Shown here piece after piece: positions 39,505-52,451 of a stretch of DNA of 64,000 nucleotides. Each line of letters begins with the position of its first letter. Position 1 is the stretch's first letter. The DNA is from Glycera tridactyla (taxonomy: Eukaryota). The DNA is taken from positions 74,214,001 to 74,278,000 of the forward strand of contig OZ286472.1 in the NCBI GenBank assembly GCA_965644265.1, written 5' to 3'. The notes under the pieces are model-generated. The model did no database searches and was not told the DNA's origin. It worked only from the letters and a program-made list of their open reading frames with translations. The translations under genes and the position numbers were made by a program.

Positions 39505-40135
39505 GCTGCAATTGATTGATTGATTGATGTTTAATGGCATGTATGAACTAAGAGGATAACGTATGCCGTGTGTTCCTGGTCAACGAAAGCTGGATGTTCT
39601 CTCCCCTGCAGACATCACTCCTGATGGGGGAACTTATTATAGGGAGACTTGTGACGAGAGACCACACTGAATTTCAACAAAAAGTGGACTCATAAAAAAG
39701 GTGGTCTCTCTTCGGAGGTATATTTGACTACCGGTATGTCAAATAGAGAAGCTGCCCTGCAAAAGCAGTCTCCCGTTGGAGGTGGTCTCTCGTCGCAGGG
39801 TTCACAGTAATTTTTGTTTGTTTGTTTGTTTGAGGTTTAACGGCATGTATCAACCCACAGGATTATGTATGCCGTGTGTTCCTGGTTAATGAAAGCTTGA
39901 TGATCTCTCCCCTGCAGACATCACTCTCACAAACCCTGAACACAATATGATGGGGAACCTGAAAGGTTGTCAAATGGAAGTAGCTGACGGTTTAGACACA
40001 TCTCTACCTACACTACGAAAAAAAGACAGATTGAACCTGACGATGGCATATCTAACTATGTAACTGGCTGGAAGGTAACACTCAAGCCTGATAGCTATGC
40101 TTTTTTTTCAAAGCGCAGTACTTGAAACAAGGAAA
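39505..40135 (-). mobile_element. Two family A copies (39505-39625 and 39815-40135) separated by a pogo-like MITE
   Basis: (GATT)n and (GTTT)n tails each followed by tttaa.ggcatgtat; gagacc-rich MITE at ~39650-39810. Confidence 0.8.
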
Positions 40136-40540
40136 AGCATTAGGTTTAGAGGATACTCAAACAATGTCTTCAATTACGAACTGTCAACTTCAAACCAGTT
40201 TTACAATCATGGCTTGCCCTATGCTTGCAGTACAATGCCATCACACAACCTACTAAACCTAGTCGCAGCCCTAGTAACCCAGAACTGGTGTGCCTGGTAC
40301 CTGCGTTTTGCATAGTGACAATATCTGCTACAGGCAAACCGTCAGCCACCTACACCTGAGACCATTTCACTGAAAAGATAAGAAGGAGCTTAGAGGGATA
40401 GAGAAGAGGTGAAGTAAAAAAAAATGTGGTGATAGTGCAATTTTGGTAGAAAATACCTCAAGATAGTTGATAGAGAATTTTGAAGGTATGTTTTCATTCA
40501 ACCCCCCACTCCAAAAGATATTGAGAAGAAAAGGGAGGTG

Positions 40541-40719
40541 CTACACCTAGGCCACATCATCCCCGATGGCAACACTTCAGAGTAAGTCCCGCGCCCATTG
40601 GTGGCTGCCATCTATAGAGACCCTGGACGCTACACCTAGGCCACATCATCCCCGATGGCAACACTTCAAAGTAAAAGTCCAGCGCCCATTGGTGGCTGCC
40701 ATGTATAGAGACCCTGGAC
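40541..40719. repeat. 89-bp tandem duplication
   Basis: ctacacctaggccacatcatccccgatggcaacacttc...gagaccctggac starts at 40541 and 40630. Confidence 0.9.
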
Positions 40720-40734
40720 ATGGCATATGAGCCG

Positions 40735-41600
40735 ACACTCAAGCCTGATAGCAGTGCTTTCTTTTTAGGTGATTGAAACAAGGAATTCATTAGGTTCAGG
40801 GGGATAGTTGATCAATAACTTTGAGGGGAGGTAAGAGGTATCAACAAAGATTATCTATGCCATGTTCCTGATCTATGAATTTTCTGTCCCCTGCAGGCAT
40901 CACCTTAGTAAACCCTGAACACAAGATACTGGGGAACCAGGAGAAGTCAATTGGAAGTAGTTCATACACACCTCAAAGTGCCTCACGTAAATCTGAATAA
41001 ACCCATCAACGGCATATGTATGCAACTGGCTTGATAGGAATGCTTTGATTTCAAGCAATGCATAGCATCAAGTTAGGGGTATACTTGTGTTTAAGGGGAG
41101 GAGAAAAAAAGCCATTCTTGCGGACTTTCATACAGTCAGATCTATGTTGTCAAATGGAAAAGCAGCACTGAGAGTGGACTTTCATGGTAGAAAATGTTGA
41201 TTTTACATCATGCCATATGTGGCATGATGTTACGGAAGGTGAATGCTTGTAAAATTCACAGAATATAGTTGTCATTTGGATTCACGGGGATTACTGTTGT
41301 ACAGCAGAAAAAAAGTTTGATGTTCATCGGCATGTATCAACCCAGAGGATTATATGTATGCTATGTGGTCCTGGTCAATGGAAGCTAGATGATCTCTCCC
41401 CGAAGACATCACTCTCACAAACTCTGAACACAAGATTGATTGATTGATATTTAACGGCATGTATCAAGCAAGAGGATTATGTACAGCATGTTCCCCGTCA
41501 ATGAAAGCCAGATGTTCTGTCCCCTACAGGCATAACTTACATAAGCCCTGAACACAAGATGATGGAACCTGAAAGGTTGGCAAGGGCAGGTAGCTGACAG
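40735..41600 (-). mobile_element. Several family A copies and fragments in head-to-tail arrangement
   Basis: cactcaagcctgatagc at ~40737; ggcatgtatcaa at ~41328 and ~41456. Confidence 0.75.
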
Positions 41601-42924
41601 TGTTCACAAGATGATGCCAATACAAATGATAATACCAACAAAAAGATCAGATAATTTCTCAAAAGTTTATTCTCCTTTTGATCCAAACATTTACAGCCAA
41701 TATCTCAAGTTTCCTTCAAATAATAAATAGACTTTTCGAGCTGTTTTCTCAGCACAGAATGGGTCCGAACCATCATGCAATTTCAAAATGATCAACAATG
41801 GGTCAATTTACACTTTACACATAGGGAAAAAAATCAAACTTCTTATAAAATATTTATCATTCCAAGCAACGAAATGACACTATTTCTTCGATGAGAAAGA
41901 CTTGCGGAATACAATCATTTCCTAACATGGTCATATCACTATCACGGGTCAGGGTGTCACAAGCCTTTTTTTTAAATTGTCTACACCAACAGAATCATTT
42001 TATCACAATTGTTTTTGGCATGACCCACATAAAATATATATATATATATATGTATATACACACTTATATGTTGCTATTACGAGCGCTCACCACTGCATGA
42101 TTGAAACCAGGGTAAAATACAATTCTCAACCAGAGATCGTCTGACCCCAAATTACCAGAAGTAACCTAAGTATCACCACAGAGGAAATGCACTCTAACCA
42201 TGAAGTAAGGTACACACAATGTGTAAAATCAGCACTGGCTACAGCCACTGAAATCACAGTGCGAGCCAGTGAATTCCATAATTTTGTGGTCACACAGGAT
42301 AATCGGGTCATCTTTGAATTCACAGCTCATAAACACAGTGATGACGACGATAAGATGAAGCCAAATTTTTCGGAATATGTTGTTAGTTTTCTTAAAACTA
42401 CCCCACAAAAAAAAACTTCATTGGAAATTTCCACACAGTATGCTTCGAATTCTGAATTACAAATTTCCTATGAGTTTTCGAAATCATGAAAATTCTAGGA
42501 AAAATGGGCATCACCGGAAATAGAGCAAAATACCAGATGTGACACGTATACAAACTGTTTGAAGACTGGCAGCTCCTGTCTACAGACTGATGTATATCAC
42601 TCCCTGCGTGACGAGAATTACGATTTTACTGATCAAGTACGGCGATATCTCAAAATGCCCCCATAACACCAATCTCTTCTTCAAACGCCAGTGGGGTCAA
42701 AAATGCAACACTTTCGTCGAGGATGATAATATAGCATACATTTGTCGTTACCAAGCATAATAATTGCAGTTTCTTCAACGTTAATGAGTCTTGGATACAT
42801 ACAATTCTAGTCAAATAACACACGAAAAAAATGTCTGGAATAATTCAATAATCAGTACAAAATATCCCAGTCCCCAGCATCAATTAGGTTGATTCAGGCA
42901 TCGCGTGTCTTGCGGGAGATGTCC

Positions 42925-43190
42925 AAAGCAGGGATGTGATTGGCTCACAAACAAAAACACTGAAAAGCGGACCGGAAGCACTTACACTAAGATTTTGTGG
43001 ATCAATAAACCAAAACAACTGGTGACTGAAGGTTACCAGAACTCCATACAAACATTGTGCTCTATCTCCACTAATACTGGTCCGATTTTCATGATCTAAA
43101 AGCCAAAATACTCAGCAGAGAAGGCTCTTACGTACATGGCCTGCTGATTGTCACCAAAACACAGAAATCCGCGGAAGAATCACATCCCTG
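42925..43190. repeat. ~270-bp dispersed repeat, copy 1 (copy 2 at ~45110-45380; related core at ~37675-37790)
   Basis: caaacattgtgctctatctccactaatactggtccgattttcatgatctaaaagccaaaatactcagcagagaaggctct is identical in both copies. Confidence 0.85.
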
Positions 43191-43679
43191 CCAAAGATGG
43201 CATGTACAAAATAAATCAAACAATACCAACACCATCAGGGATGCATCCTGGATTTCCAGAATGGGAGCATCTTACCCCATAAAATTGGAAGGGGGTTCAT
43301 TCACTGAATATTTTTAAAATAGGTTCAATTGGTGAGAATTGAAGTGGACCCCTTTCACTGATCTATGCTTGCTTGCCTCTGCTTGCTTTGAAAAGGGGCC
43401 CATGTGTGGAAGGCGCCCCTTGGACACAACCCCGATCATCAGGCACCTGCTAAAATCAGCAAATACATACTGAATAGCGAGAACCCAAGACAACTGAATA
43501 AAACACCCACTTTTTCTTTCAATATTAAAGTTTGAATTGGCAGTGCCATGAAGCATGTAGCGTATTAATTTCTTACAATGATTCTGGAGTTGTTTCCTTC
43601 AAGACTACAAGTAATTCATTTTCATTGTGAGCTTTCAAAAACATCATTCTACAGAATCTGAGGTGTTTGCAAATTTTGT

Positions 43680-43825
43680 TTGGGGTTTAACAGCATGTAT
43701 TAACACATAGAATTATGTATGCCGAGTGAGAAAGCTAGATATTCTGTCCCCCGCATGCATCACTTACACAAGCCCTGAACACACGATCAAGTGGAGGTAG
43801 GTGACAGTTCAGACACACCTCTATT
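43680..43825 (-). mobile_element. Family A copy (diverged)
   Basis: gtttaacagcatgtattaacacatagaattatgtatgcc. Confidence 0.6.
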
Positions 43826-44638
43826 CAGGTTCCATTGTATCCCCCGCCCCTCCCCCCACAAGATGGAACTAAAGACCACTTCATACAGATGACAGCAGGA
43901 AAGGGGTGACCACTTGGCGCCCTTTATTACAAAGCGCGATTCTCACAGATGTGGTTCAATACCCCATGACACTCCCACCATATTGAAAATTAAACAAATT
44001 AACAACGCATGATGAATTAGGCAGATATTGTTCCATCTAAGGATCCCCCCCCCCCCTTAAAAAAACTCTGATTGTACAAGTTGCTTTTGAACCGACCTTA
44101 CATTTCAATCATATTTGTAGCAGATTCCGTCATTATGATCAAAGATCTTGGCTCAATGTGGTCTAAGATTTCCGACCGAACTGTCAACACAAATATTTCA
44201 ATGGACAGTGTGATATTATCTTTAGGATTATAATTGTCACTAATTCGATGAAGTATTCTCAAATTGACAGAATACCTTCTGAAAGTTTCTCATCTGGTGT
44301 GACAAACTGGTCTGATCCCTGACTTTTCCCAAAACGAAAAAGGTTTGAGCTATGGCTTCCTAGATTAAGCAGTCTGTTGGCAAATCCAAATTCCCATTGG
44401 AAAACATGACCAAATTTACAATATATTATATCTATAAATATATACACAATACCAGAAGAGGTAGCCTCAGATTTTGCTTTGTCCATTTTAACTGTAGGCA
44501 ACCAATTCCGTCCTGGGATTTCTGTCCATGTTTAAATTTCATCAGAGTGATACACAATTCTATAGTACAGCAGTTTTCCGTCAACAATATCGGCTCAAAA
44601 TATTACCAGTAATTTTTCTGTTGGTCTCATACAAGTTG

Positions 44639-44861
44639 CAGGGTTGCATCCAGGATTTCCAAAAAAGGGGGCATTTGCCCCCTTCCATTTGAGAAAAGGG
44701 GGCATTTCTCTACAAAATTTCCCAAAATGGGTTCACTTAGTATCGGAAAGTGCAGTCTCCTTGTTGATTTGAGGGGCATTGTGGCCCCTGATTGCCACGA
44801 AAAGGGGCCCAGTCGAGAAAATGCGTGAATGCCCTCATGCCCCCCTCTGGATGCAACCCTG
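44639..44861. mobile_element. hAT-like MITE
   Basis: 15-bp TIRs CAGGGTTGCATCCAG / CTGGATGCAACCCTG; related ggggcat-rich copies at ~11350-11610, ~54480-54640 and ~59560-59650. Confidence 0.8.
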
Positions 44862-46245
44862 TACAAGGCTTTTTGAGAGAATCGAGAGATTTCTTTATCT
44901 GAAATTAGACTCAAGAACAAGGTAGAAGCAAGATCAGTCACCATCTTGTTAGATATTCAAGAGCAAAATGTACACAGCACCAAAGTATTATCGTATGCTC
45001 CCTGGCGTTGACACCCGATGAGCAGCGGCATAGGTACATATATATGCAGAGCACACGTCATACGACCGGCTATGTTGTGAACAGAAGCTTGGGTGAATAA
45101 CTGAAGCAGGAATGTGATTGGTTCACAAAAACACTGAAAACCGGACTGGGAACACTTACACCAAGATCTTGTGGATCAACAAACCCAAACAACTGGTGAC
45201 TGAAGGCTACTAGAACTCCATACAAACATTGTGCTCTATCTCCACTAATACTGGTCCGATTTTCATGATCTAAAAGCCAAAATACTCAGCAGAGAAGGCT
45301 CTTTGCTGCCATGTACATGGCCTGCTGATTGTCACCAGAAATACGGAAATCTGCGCATCCGCGGAAGAATCACATCCTTGCTGAAGGCATTCGTATGCAT
45401 GTCCAGTTGAGTAGCAACTCTTTCTCTGCCCATCTTGATGATGAATAATGCATACACGTTCTTCAAACTTGTCCGATATCACGTGAAAATACTCTTGGGC
45501 ATCCTTGTAAACCACGAACTGATTCAAGCCTGCAAACAAAGAAAGATTGTACATAAGTCATGGAGGTGTCCATGGTTTTTGTGCTTGGCTCACAACCCGG
45601 AAGCCTAGAAACTTGGTTGAGTCACTTCTTTTAGGATTTGTATTGACCATACAAAGACCAATGGCCGCTAACTAATAGTGGCTACAGACACAAAACAAGC
45701 AGAATGACAAATGAGTTCAAACACCCAGGGCATGACATTGGGGTTTTCAGCTGGTCGTGCAAGCGGACAAGTGACATAAGATATTTGGTTGTCCGCCCCA
45801 GAATTTTACCTGTCCGATGTAATATTAAACATACTTAAAGAAGAAAACTGCAGTTGTCCAGCGGGCAAGTTGGTTATAAAATTCACTTGTCCGCCATGAA
45901 TTTCTACTTGTCCCGGACAACTGTTAATGTCAAACCCTGACACCTCCCTATCTTATATTCCACCTCCAATTATCAGTCCAATTTTTATGGCATAAATACC
46001 AGAATAATCAACATGAAAGGATCCGTTCTGTCTCAGGACTCTACATCGGCAGAAATATTTAGGAGCCAGATGGCCATTAAGTAGATATTTTTAGTAGCCA
46101 TTGCCAACTAGGGATAGCCAGTCAATTACACAACCTCTTAAAATACAGTAGCCAGAGGGTTGCTTTGGTGGCCATTGGCTTCCCACAGGTAGCAACGTGG
46201 AGCTATGAGAAAAAACCACAATCTGAAGAACAATCATATCCATAC

Positions 46246-46432
46246 CATAGATGCCAACCTCTGATGGACAAAAATAGTAGCAGTGCCAATTTCAAAGAGT
46301 AGCAGTGCCAATATTTGCAATGGAATAATAAGAAAAATCTAGATTTTTCAGAGCAGCATCACCCGTAAAATGCAAGAATTTGGCCTAAAAAGAGTAGCTG
46401 CTGCTCCAAAATCGTAGCAGTTGGCATCTATG
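46246..46432. mobile_element. hAT-like MITE with 6-bp TSD
   Basis: TIRs CATAGATGCCAAC / GTTGGCATCTATG flanked by ccatac on both sides. Confidence 0.85.
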
Positions 46433-46649
46433 CCATACATCATGGATGCATTCCGAGGATCAGATCTATGCCATAGCTCCTTAGAATGTAGCCCAAAATA
46501 AAAATTATCTCCTTGAAATCAGGGACATCTCAAGGACCACAGCAATTTGGCAAATTCATGCAGTCTCCGAGTTGACATTCCAAACTCACTGCTTCCATAA
46601 TGATGGATAAACGAGCAGTTCTTACCTCACAGTGGCTATAATGTGGCAT

Positions 46650-46769
46650 CTACTTCTTGGAATCGTATTCCTTGTACTCTTGGGCGACGCCGCTGACTTC
46701 GGGGATGTCGATTTCGCCGCTGACGTCGGCCACCTCCCTCAGATCAGAGTCGAAGGCCAAGTTTTTGCC
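46650..46769 (-). CDS. RANBP2: RanBP2-like gene, apparent last coding exon (GKNLAFDSDLREVADVSGEIDIPEVSGVAQEYKEYDSKK*)
   Basis: Acceptor aatgtttgtag at 46770; phase 0 matches the donor at 50240; strong C/G-ending codon bias; TAG at 46652-46650; donor GAG|gtaag at 46626|46625. Confidence 0.65.
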   Translation of the reverse strand, partial: GKNLAFDSDLREVADVSGEIDIPEVSGVAQEYKEYDSKK

Positions 46770-46859
46770 CTACAAACATTAGTGCGCGAGGCTCAGCACA
46801 CAGGACACTCAAGAGTGCATGCTTCTCAAGACACTGAATGTGAGCTTCTCTAGTCGAAT

Positions 46860-47180
46860 GAGTGAAGTGGGAATGTTCAACATTAATGAAGTGGGAATGT
46901 TCAACAGTTATGAAGTGGGAATGTTCAACAGTTATGAAGCGGAAATGTTCAACAGTTATGAAGTGGGAATGTCCAACATTTATGGAGTGGGAACGTTCAA
47001 CATTTTCGAAGTGGAAACCTTCAACACTTACGAAGTGGGAACGTTCAATACTTATGAAGTGGGAATGTTCAACAATTATGAATGGGTATGTTCAACATTT
47101 ATGAAGTGGAAACGTTTAATGTGTATGAAGTGGGAATGTTCAACATTTATTAAGTGGGTATGTTCAACATTTATAAAGAG
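46860..47180. repeat. 24-bp minisatellite (gaagtgggaatgttcaacagttat)n, about 13 copies
   Basis: Directly visible; source of the EVGMFNSY-repeat ORF. Confidence 0.95.
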
Positions 47181-47313
47181 ACCTAATACAAGACCATGCG
47201 GCAGCTGGGGCAAGATGAGCTTTGGCAAATTGAGCTCTAACTACTGATCTGTCATTAGTCAAAAATTCTCGTCAGCACTCAGGAACGGGTTCGTTACGGT
47301 TGAATATACACAG

Positions 47314-47593
47314 CAGGGATGCCAACCTTTGATGGCTAAAATTAGTAATGATGGTAATTTTCAAGAGTAATGATGGTAGTATTTGCAATGATCAAATAAA
47401 AAGGTTGATGAATTTCTTGGGAGTAATGTTTTGCGTAAAATTAGTAATGATGGTAATTTTCAAGAGTAATGATGGTAGTATTTGAAATGATCGAATAAAA
47501 AGGTTGATGAATTTCATAAAATGCATAAAATGCCAAAACTTTGGCTAAAAAAGAGTAATCATTACTCCAAAATTGCAATGGTTGGCATCTCAG
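47314..47593. mobile_element. hAT-like MITE with ~100-bp internal duplication
   Basis: TIRs CAGGGATGCCAACC / GGTTGGCATCTCAG flanked by tacacag direct repeats. Confidence 0.8.
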
Positions 47594-49179
47594 TACACAG
47601 TCTGATTTTTTCTCTCTCAATTCCATTCCATTTCAACAATTTTCATTCACTGTATATATCACAGATCAGCAAGCAAATAAATACATAAAACAGAGAGTAT
47701 CACATCACTCATATTAAAAATCACAGATGGGTTATCAAGTCATACATGGTACAATTCCGTGGAGCAGTACTTGACCCTGCCCTTCAGTCAATTCTGTAAT
47801 GACCTCGTCAATTTCTGTCACCCCACTCCCCAAATTACTACGAGACCTGCAACGAGAAACTGTCCCTTAAGTCACCAAAAAGTGGTCTCTTAAGGATGTA
47901 CCAGGGAGTTTTTCTGGTTTCCCAACTGGCACCTATGGCATAACACTAGTAGGTCACTTACCCACCTTCCTAGATACCTCTATCACTGTCCTTCAAACAA
48001 ATACTGCATTATTTTCATGCCCAAACATGTGTGAACACCTAATGGGAAATTTTTCCAAAATTGACCCTGTTGTGAGTTGGTGGCTGTGTGCTTGAGTAGA
48101 TGGTCGGGTGAATGACCGTTTCCGGATGATAACTCAAACAGTTTGAGTTGCTTTGAGGTGAAATTTTGTGGGTAGGATTGCCTGAGGTCTGGCAAGACAC
48201 TTATGAATTTTGGGATGGCTATGTTGAATATTTTGATATTTCTGCTATTTTTCATTATCTTGGGCGAAATTCAATAAAATGTTCAACGCTGGCTAGCGAA
48301 AAAACGAATCTGGTGACATGCATTTTTTTTTCACTTATTTTGATTGTCCAGTGATGAACTACAAAATGAATGAATAAAATTGAATCCAGCAAATATTCCT
48401 GTATAGTCGGTTGGGTGATTTGTGATTTTTCAGTGATTTTTTTTTCATTGGTATCCGTGGACTATTGGGTCTTTTTTATCATCAAAAACATTTCCTCCAT
48501 GTGAGTTCCCCAATTCATGTTGCATTAGGATTCAAGACAAAATGAATAAGAGGTTTGATTCATTCGAATACAGTGTTTATGTAATATTTCTTGATGAAAC
48601 TGTATCTTTGCATTTTTTGCATTTTCTCAATATTTCGACAATTATATAAATAGCTACAGCTGAAAAACGAGCCTGGTGACCCCAACTTTTTTTTCAGGAA
48701 ATCTGATCAATACCTCACTAGAAATGATCACATGAAATTTCAAGGATGTGGCAAATTTTAAAAACTGCCTCATTCATCCTTAATAAGAGGTGATCTCTCG
48801 TCAGAGTTATATTTGACTACGTCAAATACAAAAGCGGTCTCCTTTTGGAGGCGGTCTCTCATTGCTGGTTTCACAGTATTTATTTGGCTCCCCTATGCAA
48901 AAAGTAGATATTCTGCAACCCCACCCCTATCTCGAAATTTCAATGCCTTCCACTCAACCCCTCCCTATTTTAAAATGAAATAGACCTTTCACACATCAAG
49001 GTAGGTATGAACACAAAATTTTCCAATTGGAAAATGAGCCATCTCAAGACAGAATCACCCTCTTTCACTGCGGTTGAAACTCTCTGATCCAACCAGACAC
49101 TTGCAGTTACCGATGGTAGAGAGAGCAATCATCAGTAAGAGTAAGAGGTGGGATAAACGTGCCAAAATCTCCCAGTGTA

Positions 49180-49335
49180 CAGTGAAAACTCCAGAGACAG
49201 CCCTAAATGTCACCAAGATGCTGTCTTTCGAAAAAGACATATCTGACTATGTCAAATAGAGAAGCTGCATTGCAAAAGCGGTCTCCCGTCAGAGGTGGTC
49301 TGTAGCCAGGGGGTCCCTCGTCACAGGTTTCAGTG
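49180..49335. mobile_element. Tc1/mariner(pogo)-like MITE
   Basis: ta|CAGTGAAAACT...AGGTTTCAGTG|ta. Confidence 0.7.
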
Positions 49336-50239
49336 TATATCACATATGAGACCTCCTCATCAACAGCATGGGGTTCATCTGATAACAATTTTTGAATAAT
49401 TTCATACCCCAGTCTTCTCTAAAAATCACAATCCGATGAAGTTTTGGCAGCCATATGACTCTTCAAATTTCTCGTACCAATGGAACCGACATCTTAAATG
49501 ATTCAGACTGCTTCTGAGTTGATTGATTGTTTCAGACCTTCTAATTTCTTGCCTTGCAATCTTATATGTCTATATTTGGCAGAATACAGATCGTCCATAC
49601 TCGATGATATGAATACGAGCTTGTGTCATATGATTGCCAAAACTTGTGAATGGTGGATGATGACAATGGCGATGATGATGACAGGAGGATGGATGATGAC
49701 GACAAAGATGACAACAATGAGGATGAGGAATAAATACGTCGATTACAACTAAAACTTCAGATCCCGACTAATTCAGGCTAAAGTGTGGCTGGCCGCTCGA
49801 CAGCCACTGCACGAGATACCAGACTGGTCCGATCACAAGATGAACTGTGTCTTGAACTGAAAGTACCTCGGTGAAGATTTTCCGGAAGCTGAATTTTCGG
49901 AAATATAGGAATATTTTCTGAAACTACCCGGTCAAGTGCTAAAGAGAAATTCAATTCGCTACATAATATCCGATACTGATGGCAGAAATGTGGTGGTGGT
50001 GGTAGGGGGATTATTGTGGGTGAATTCCCCACAATTTCATTTGTGATGCACTCAAGTCAATAACTTTACTAGAGGTTTCGACAAGTCTTCATGAATATGA
50101 AAAGGTTTGGGTCAGTTGGGGCTCGAAAAGTTTTCCTCGCTCTTTATGAATCCTGTGAGCAATTTGCGATTTCATTTCCGCTAAACAAAGGCAGCCATTT
50201 CTGATTCGGTATGACAGGCCGCAGCAGACCATATCTCAC

Positions 50240-50430
50240 CTTGTATTCATTGCCTTCAGAGTACATCATGGTGACGCACTTCGTGAAAAGCGGCTGGACG
50301 TTCTCTTCATCCTCGTCCTCGTCCTCGTCTTCGTCATCCTGCTGCTCGTTGATGATGCTAGTGTCCGCGGCGTCCTCGCTCTTCGACGTCTCGTCCAGAT
50401 TTTCGGCGGCTGCGCTCACTTCGCCTTCCT
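50240..50430 (-). CDS. RANBP2: RanBP2-like gene, acidic exon (EEGEVSAAAENLDETSK...DDEDEDEDEDEENVQPLFTKCVTMMYSEGNEYK)
   Basis: Acceptor gtttgtacag (50431), donor AAG|gtgaga (50240|50239); 191 nt, phase 1 to 0, matching both neighbours. Confidence 0.8.
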
Positions 50431-50898
50431 CTGTACAAACACAAACATCACGTTTAGTGACCATCCAAGGCTACACGATGCACTTCTGGAATGCCTACGT
50501 CGGCGCTAGCCATAAGCCGGGGGCTAATATTTTCTCATCTGGCTAAAGAAATCGACAAGTCTTTAGCCAAAGTTGCTACGAAGTGGACGGGAACTTATGC
50601 AGTCACTGTGATGTCAATAACTTTCAAGGGCAATTTTTTGGGAAACATGGTTGATTTCTCTGAAACTATCCCAATATGACAAATAAAATAAAGAAATTTC
50701 AATCAATCAATCAATATAGTGTGGGAAGTGTTGATTCCAACAATGTCTGAAATTCGATCTTTCATCCCAATTCCAGAGTTAGTTGAGATTTTCAGAAGAA
50801 TCGTCATTACTAATTGTATAAAAGAGCAGACCCATAAGAAAAGAAGATCAAGCAATTACACCCCTAAAAGTTTTCTTCACTCAGTTGGAATCGGCATA

Positions 50899-51059
50899 CA
50901 GTGATGCCAATGAGATGAAGCTAAATTTTCCCATACTACCCCAACATACTCTCAGCAGTATCTATTCTGGAACTTCAAACCAGGCACCTGCAATTTCAGA
51001 ATTTTCATTTTCACTAAATTTTCGGCATTCCGAATATTTTCGTAAAATCGGCATCACTG
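50899..51059. mobile_element. hAT-like MITE (CAGTGATGCC family)
   Basis: TIRs CAGTGATGCC / GGCATCACTG, flanks ggcata / ggcatg. Confidence 0.8.
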
Positions 51060-51103
51060 GGCATGGATCTTTTCCATTAATTTGAGTTCTATTGCCAAGA
51101 AAG

Positions 51104-51288
51104 CAGTGATGCCAATGGGATGAAGCTGAATTTTCGGAAATATTGGAACATTTTCTGAAACTACCCCATCATAATATCAAAAGTATTTGTTCTGAAACTC
51201 CCAACCATCTTTTAGCAATTTCGGAAATTATTATTTTTCATGCAATTTTCGGATTTCCGAAAATTTTCGTAGAAAATTGGTACCACTG
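51104..51288. mobile_element. hAT-like MITE (CAGTGATGCC family) with 6-bp TSD
   Basis: CAGTGATGCCAAT / ATTGGTACCACTG flanked by agaaag on both sides. Confidence 0.85.
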
Positions 51289-52451
51289 AGAAAGCCAAAA
51301 TGTTGACATTCTTACAAGGATGGAATTTACCAAAATACAAAGCTGAACATGCAACTTTCATAGCAGCGCTGTCAAACAAACAAACAAACAAAGCAATTTC
51401 ATGTACATTGTCAGTGAAACCAATGAGAAGCTGACAAGTCTCATAAAAAAATTCCGCGCATTTCCCGGAATCAGGACATTTCCTGAAAACGAATCTCCTG
51501 AAAACCTGATCATAAACTATTTTGTGATAGCATAAAGCATGTTTAGATTCAAATGTGATGGGTATTTTTTCTGTTCTTGCATCGACAAATGAGATTGGAT
51601 TGAGATGAAGCTCCCCACAAGACTTTGCAAACATATCCAGCGACCAAAAATATGAGCCATCATTTGCATATAAGACCACAGTATGATAGTGTTCGGACTC
51701 GGGAGCCGAAATCCAGAATCGATTATTCGGCATGATGAGCAAGTGATGTTCGATCTCCAATCGGTCCTCGATATTCAGATTCCCGCGCAAACTGGGCCAC
51801 TGAGAAACCGCAAACGAAGATGGCGGCATGGTGTTGTGATGATGCCGCTCTGCTTTTTACGCATTTTCCAACGAATATTACATGGAATTTCTTCATTTCT
51901 TGGCTTATTTGTAGCAGCCACGCCCACAGCGGCCATGTGTTGTCTATCTGCTCATTTTAGCGATTTACGGTCGATCTCAAAAATCTGCGCCGATTAATTG
52001 GATTGGCAGCTACAATTGCCGATCAAATCGATCTTCACATCAATCTACGGAACACTTCAGTCTAACAAATTTTCTTTATGAAGTTTTATACAACAGGTCA
52101 CTGCTAATTCCTATCATTTAACGTAAGAACTTGGGGATATAATATTGGTAGTTTCACCATACAAATGCAATGAAAACAAAGCGAATCATCTTGAAAAGCA
52201 TGTTGACTATCTAGTGCGGAACCAGAAACCCTGTGAAGGCTAACATTTCTGCCATCTCCCTGAAGTTCATTCATCTTTATTCAAATTGGCTGAGAGCAAA
52301 TTCCTGAAGCATTCACCTGGCTTAATGCACTGCTTTACAGACTACTTGTCTCTGCATTTAAAGTCTGTTTGAAGCATGATAAAGGGACTTCCTTTTGTGA
52401 AAAATAAAGATAAATTTCCATACTTTTTTGCATATAGCAAAGTGGGGAGTA

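Noticed and set aside
42187-42489. ORF with ALATATEITVRASEFH resembling a YR R.SE motif
   Set aside because: Spacing is wrong and there is no H..R or Y box; lies in MITE-like sequence
43900-43980. B-box-like ggttcaatacc
   Set aside because: Cannot fold into a cloverleaf and has no A box; at most a decayed SINE head
46632-46853. + strand ORF with a signal-peptide-like start (MAIMWHLLLGIVFLVLLG)
   Set aside because: Antisense to the RanBP2 exon; codon bias and splice sites favour the minus strand
46819-47247. EVGMFNSY-repeat ORFs, and the array as a CRISPR candidate
   Set aside because: A 24-bp head-to-tail minisatellite with no unique spacers, no cas genes and no splice support
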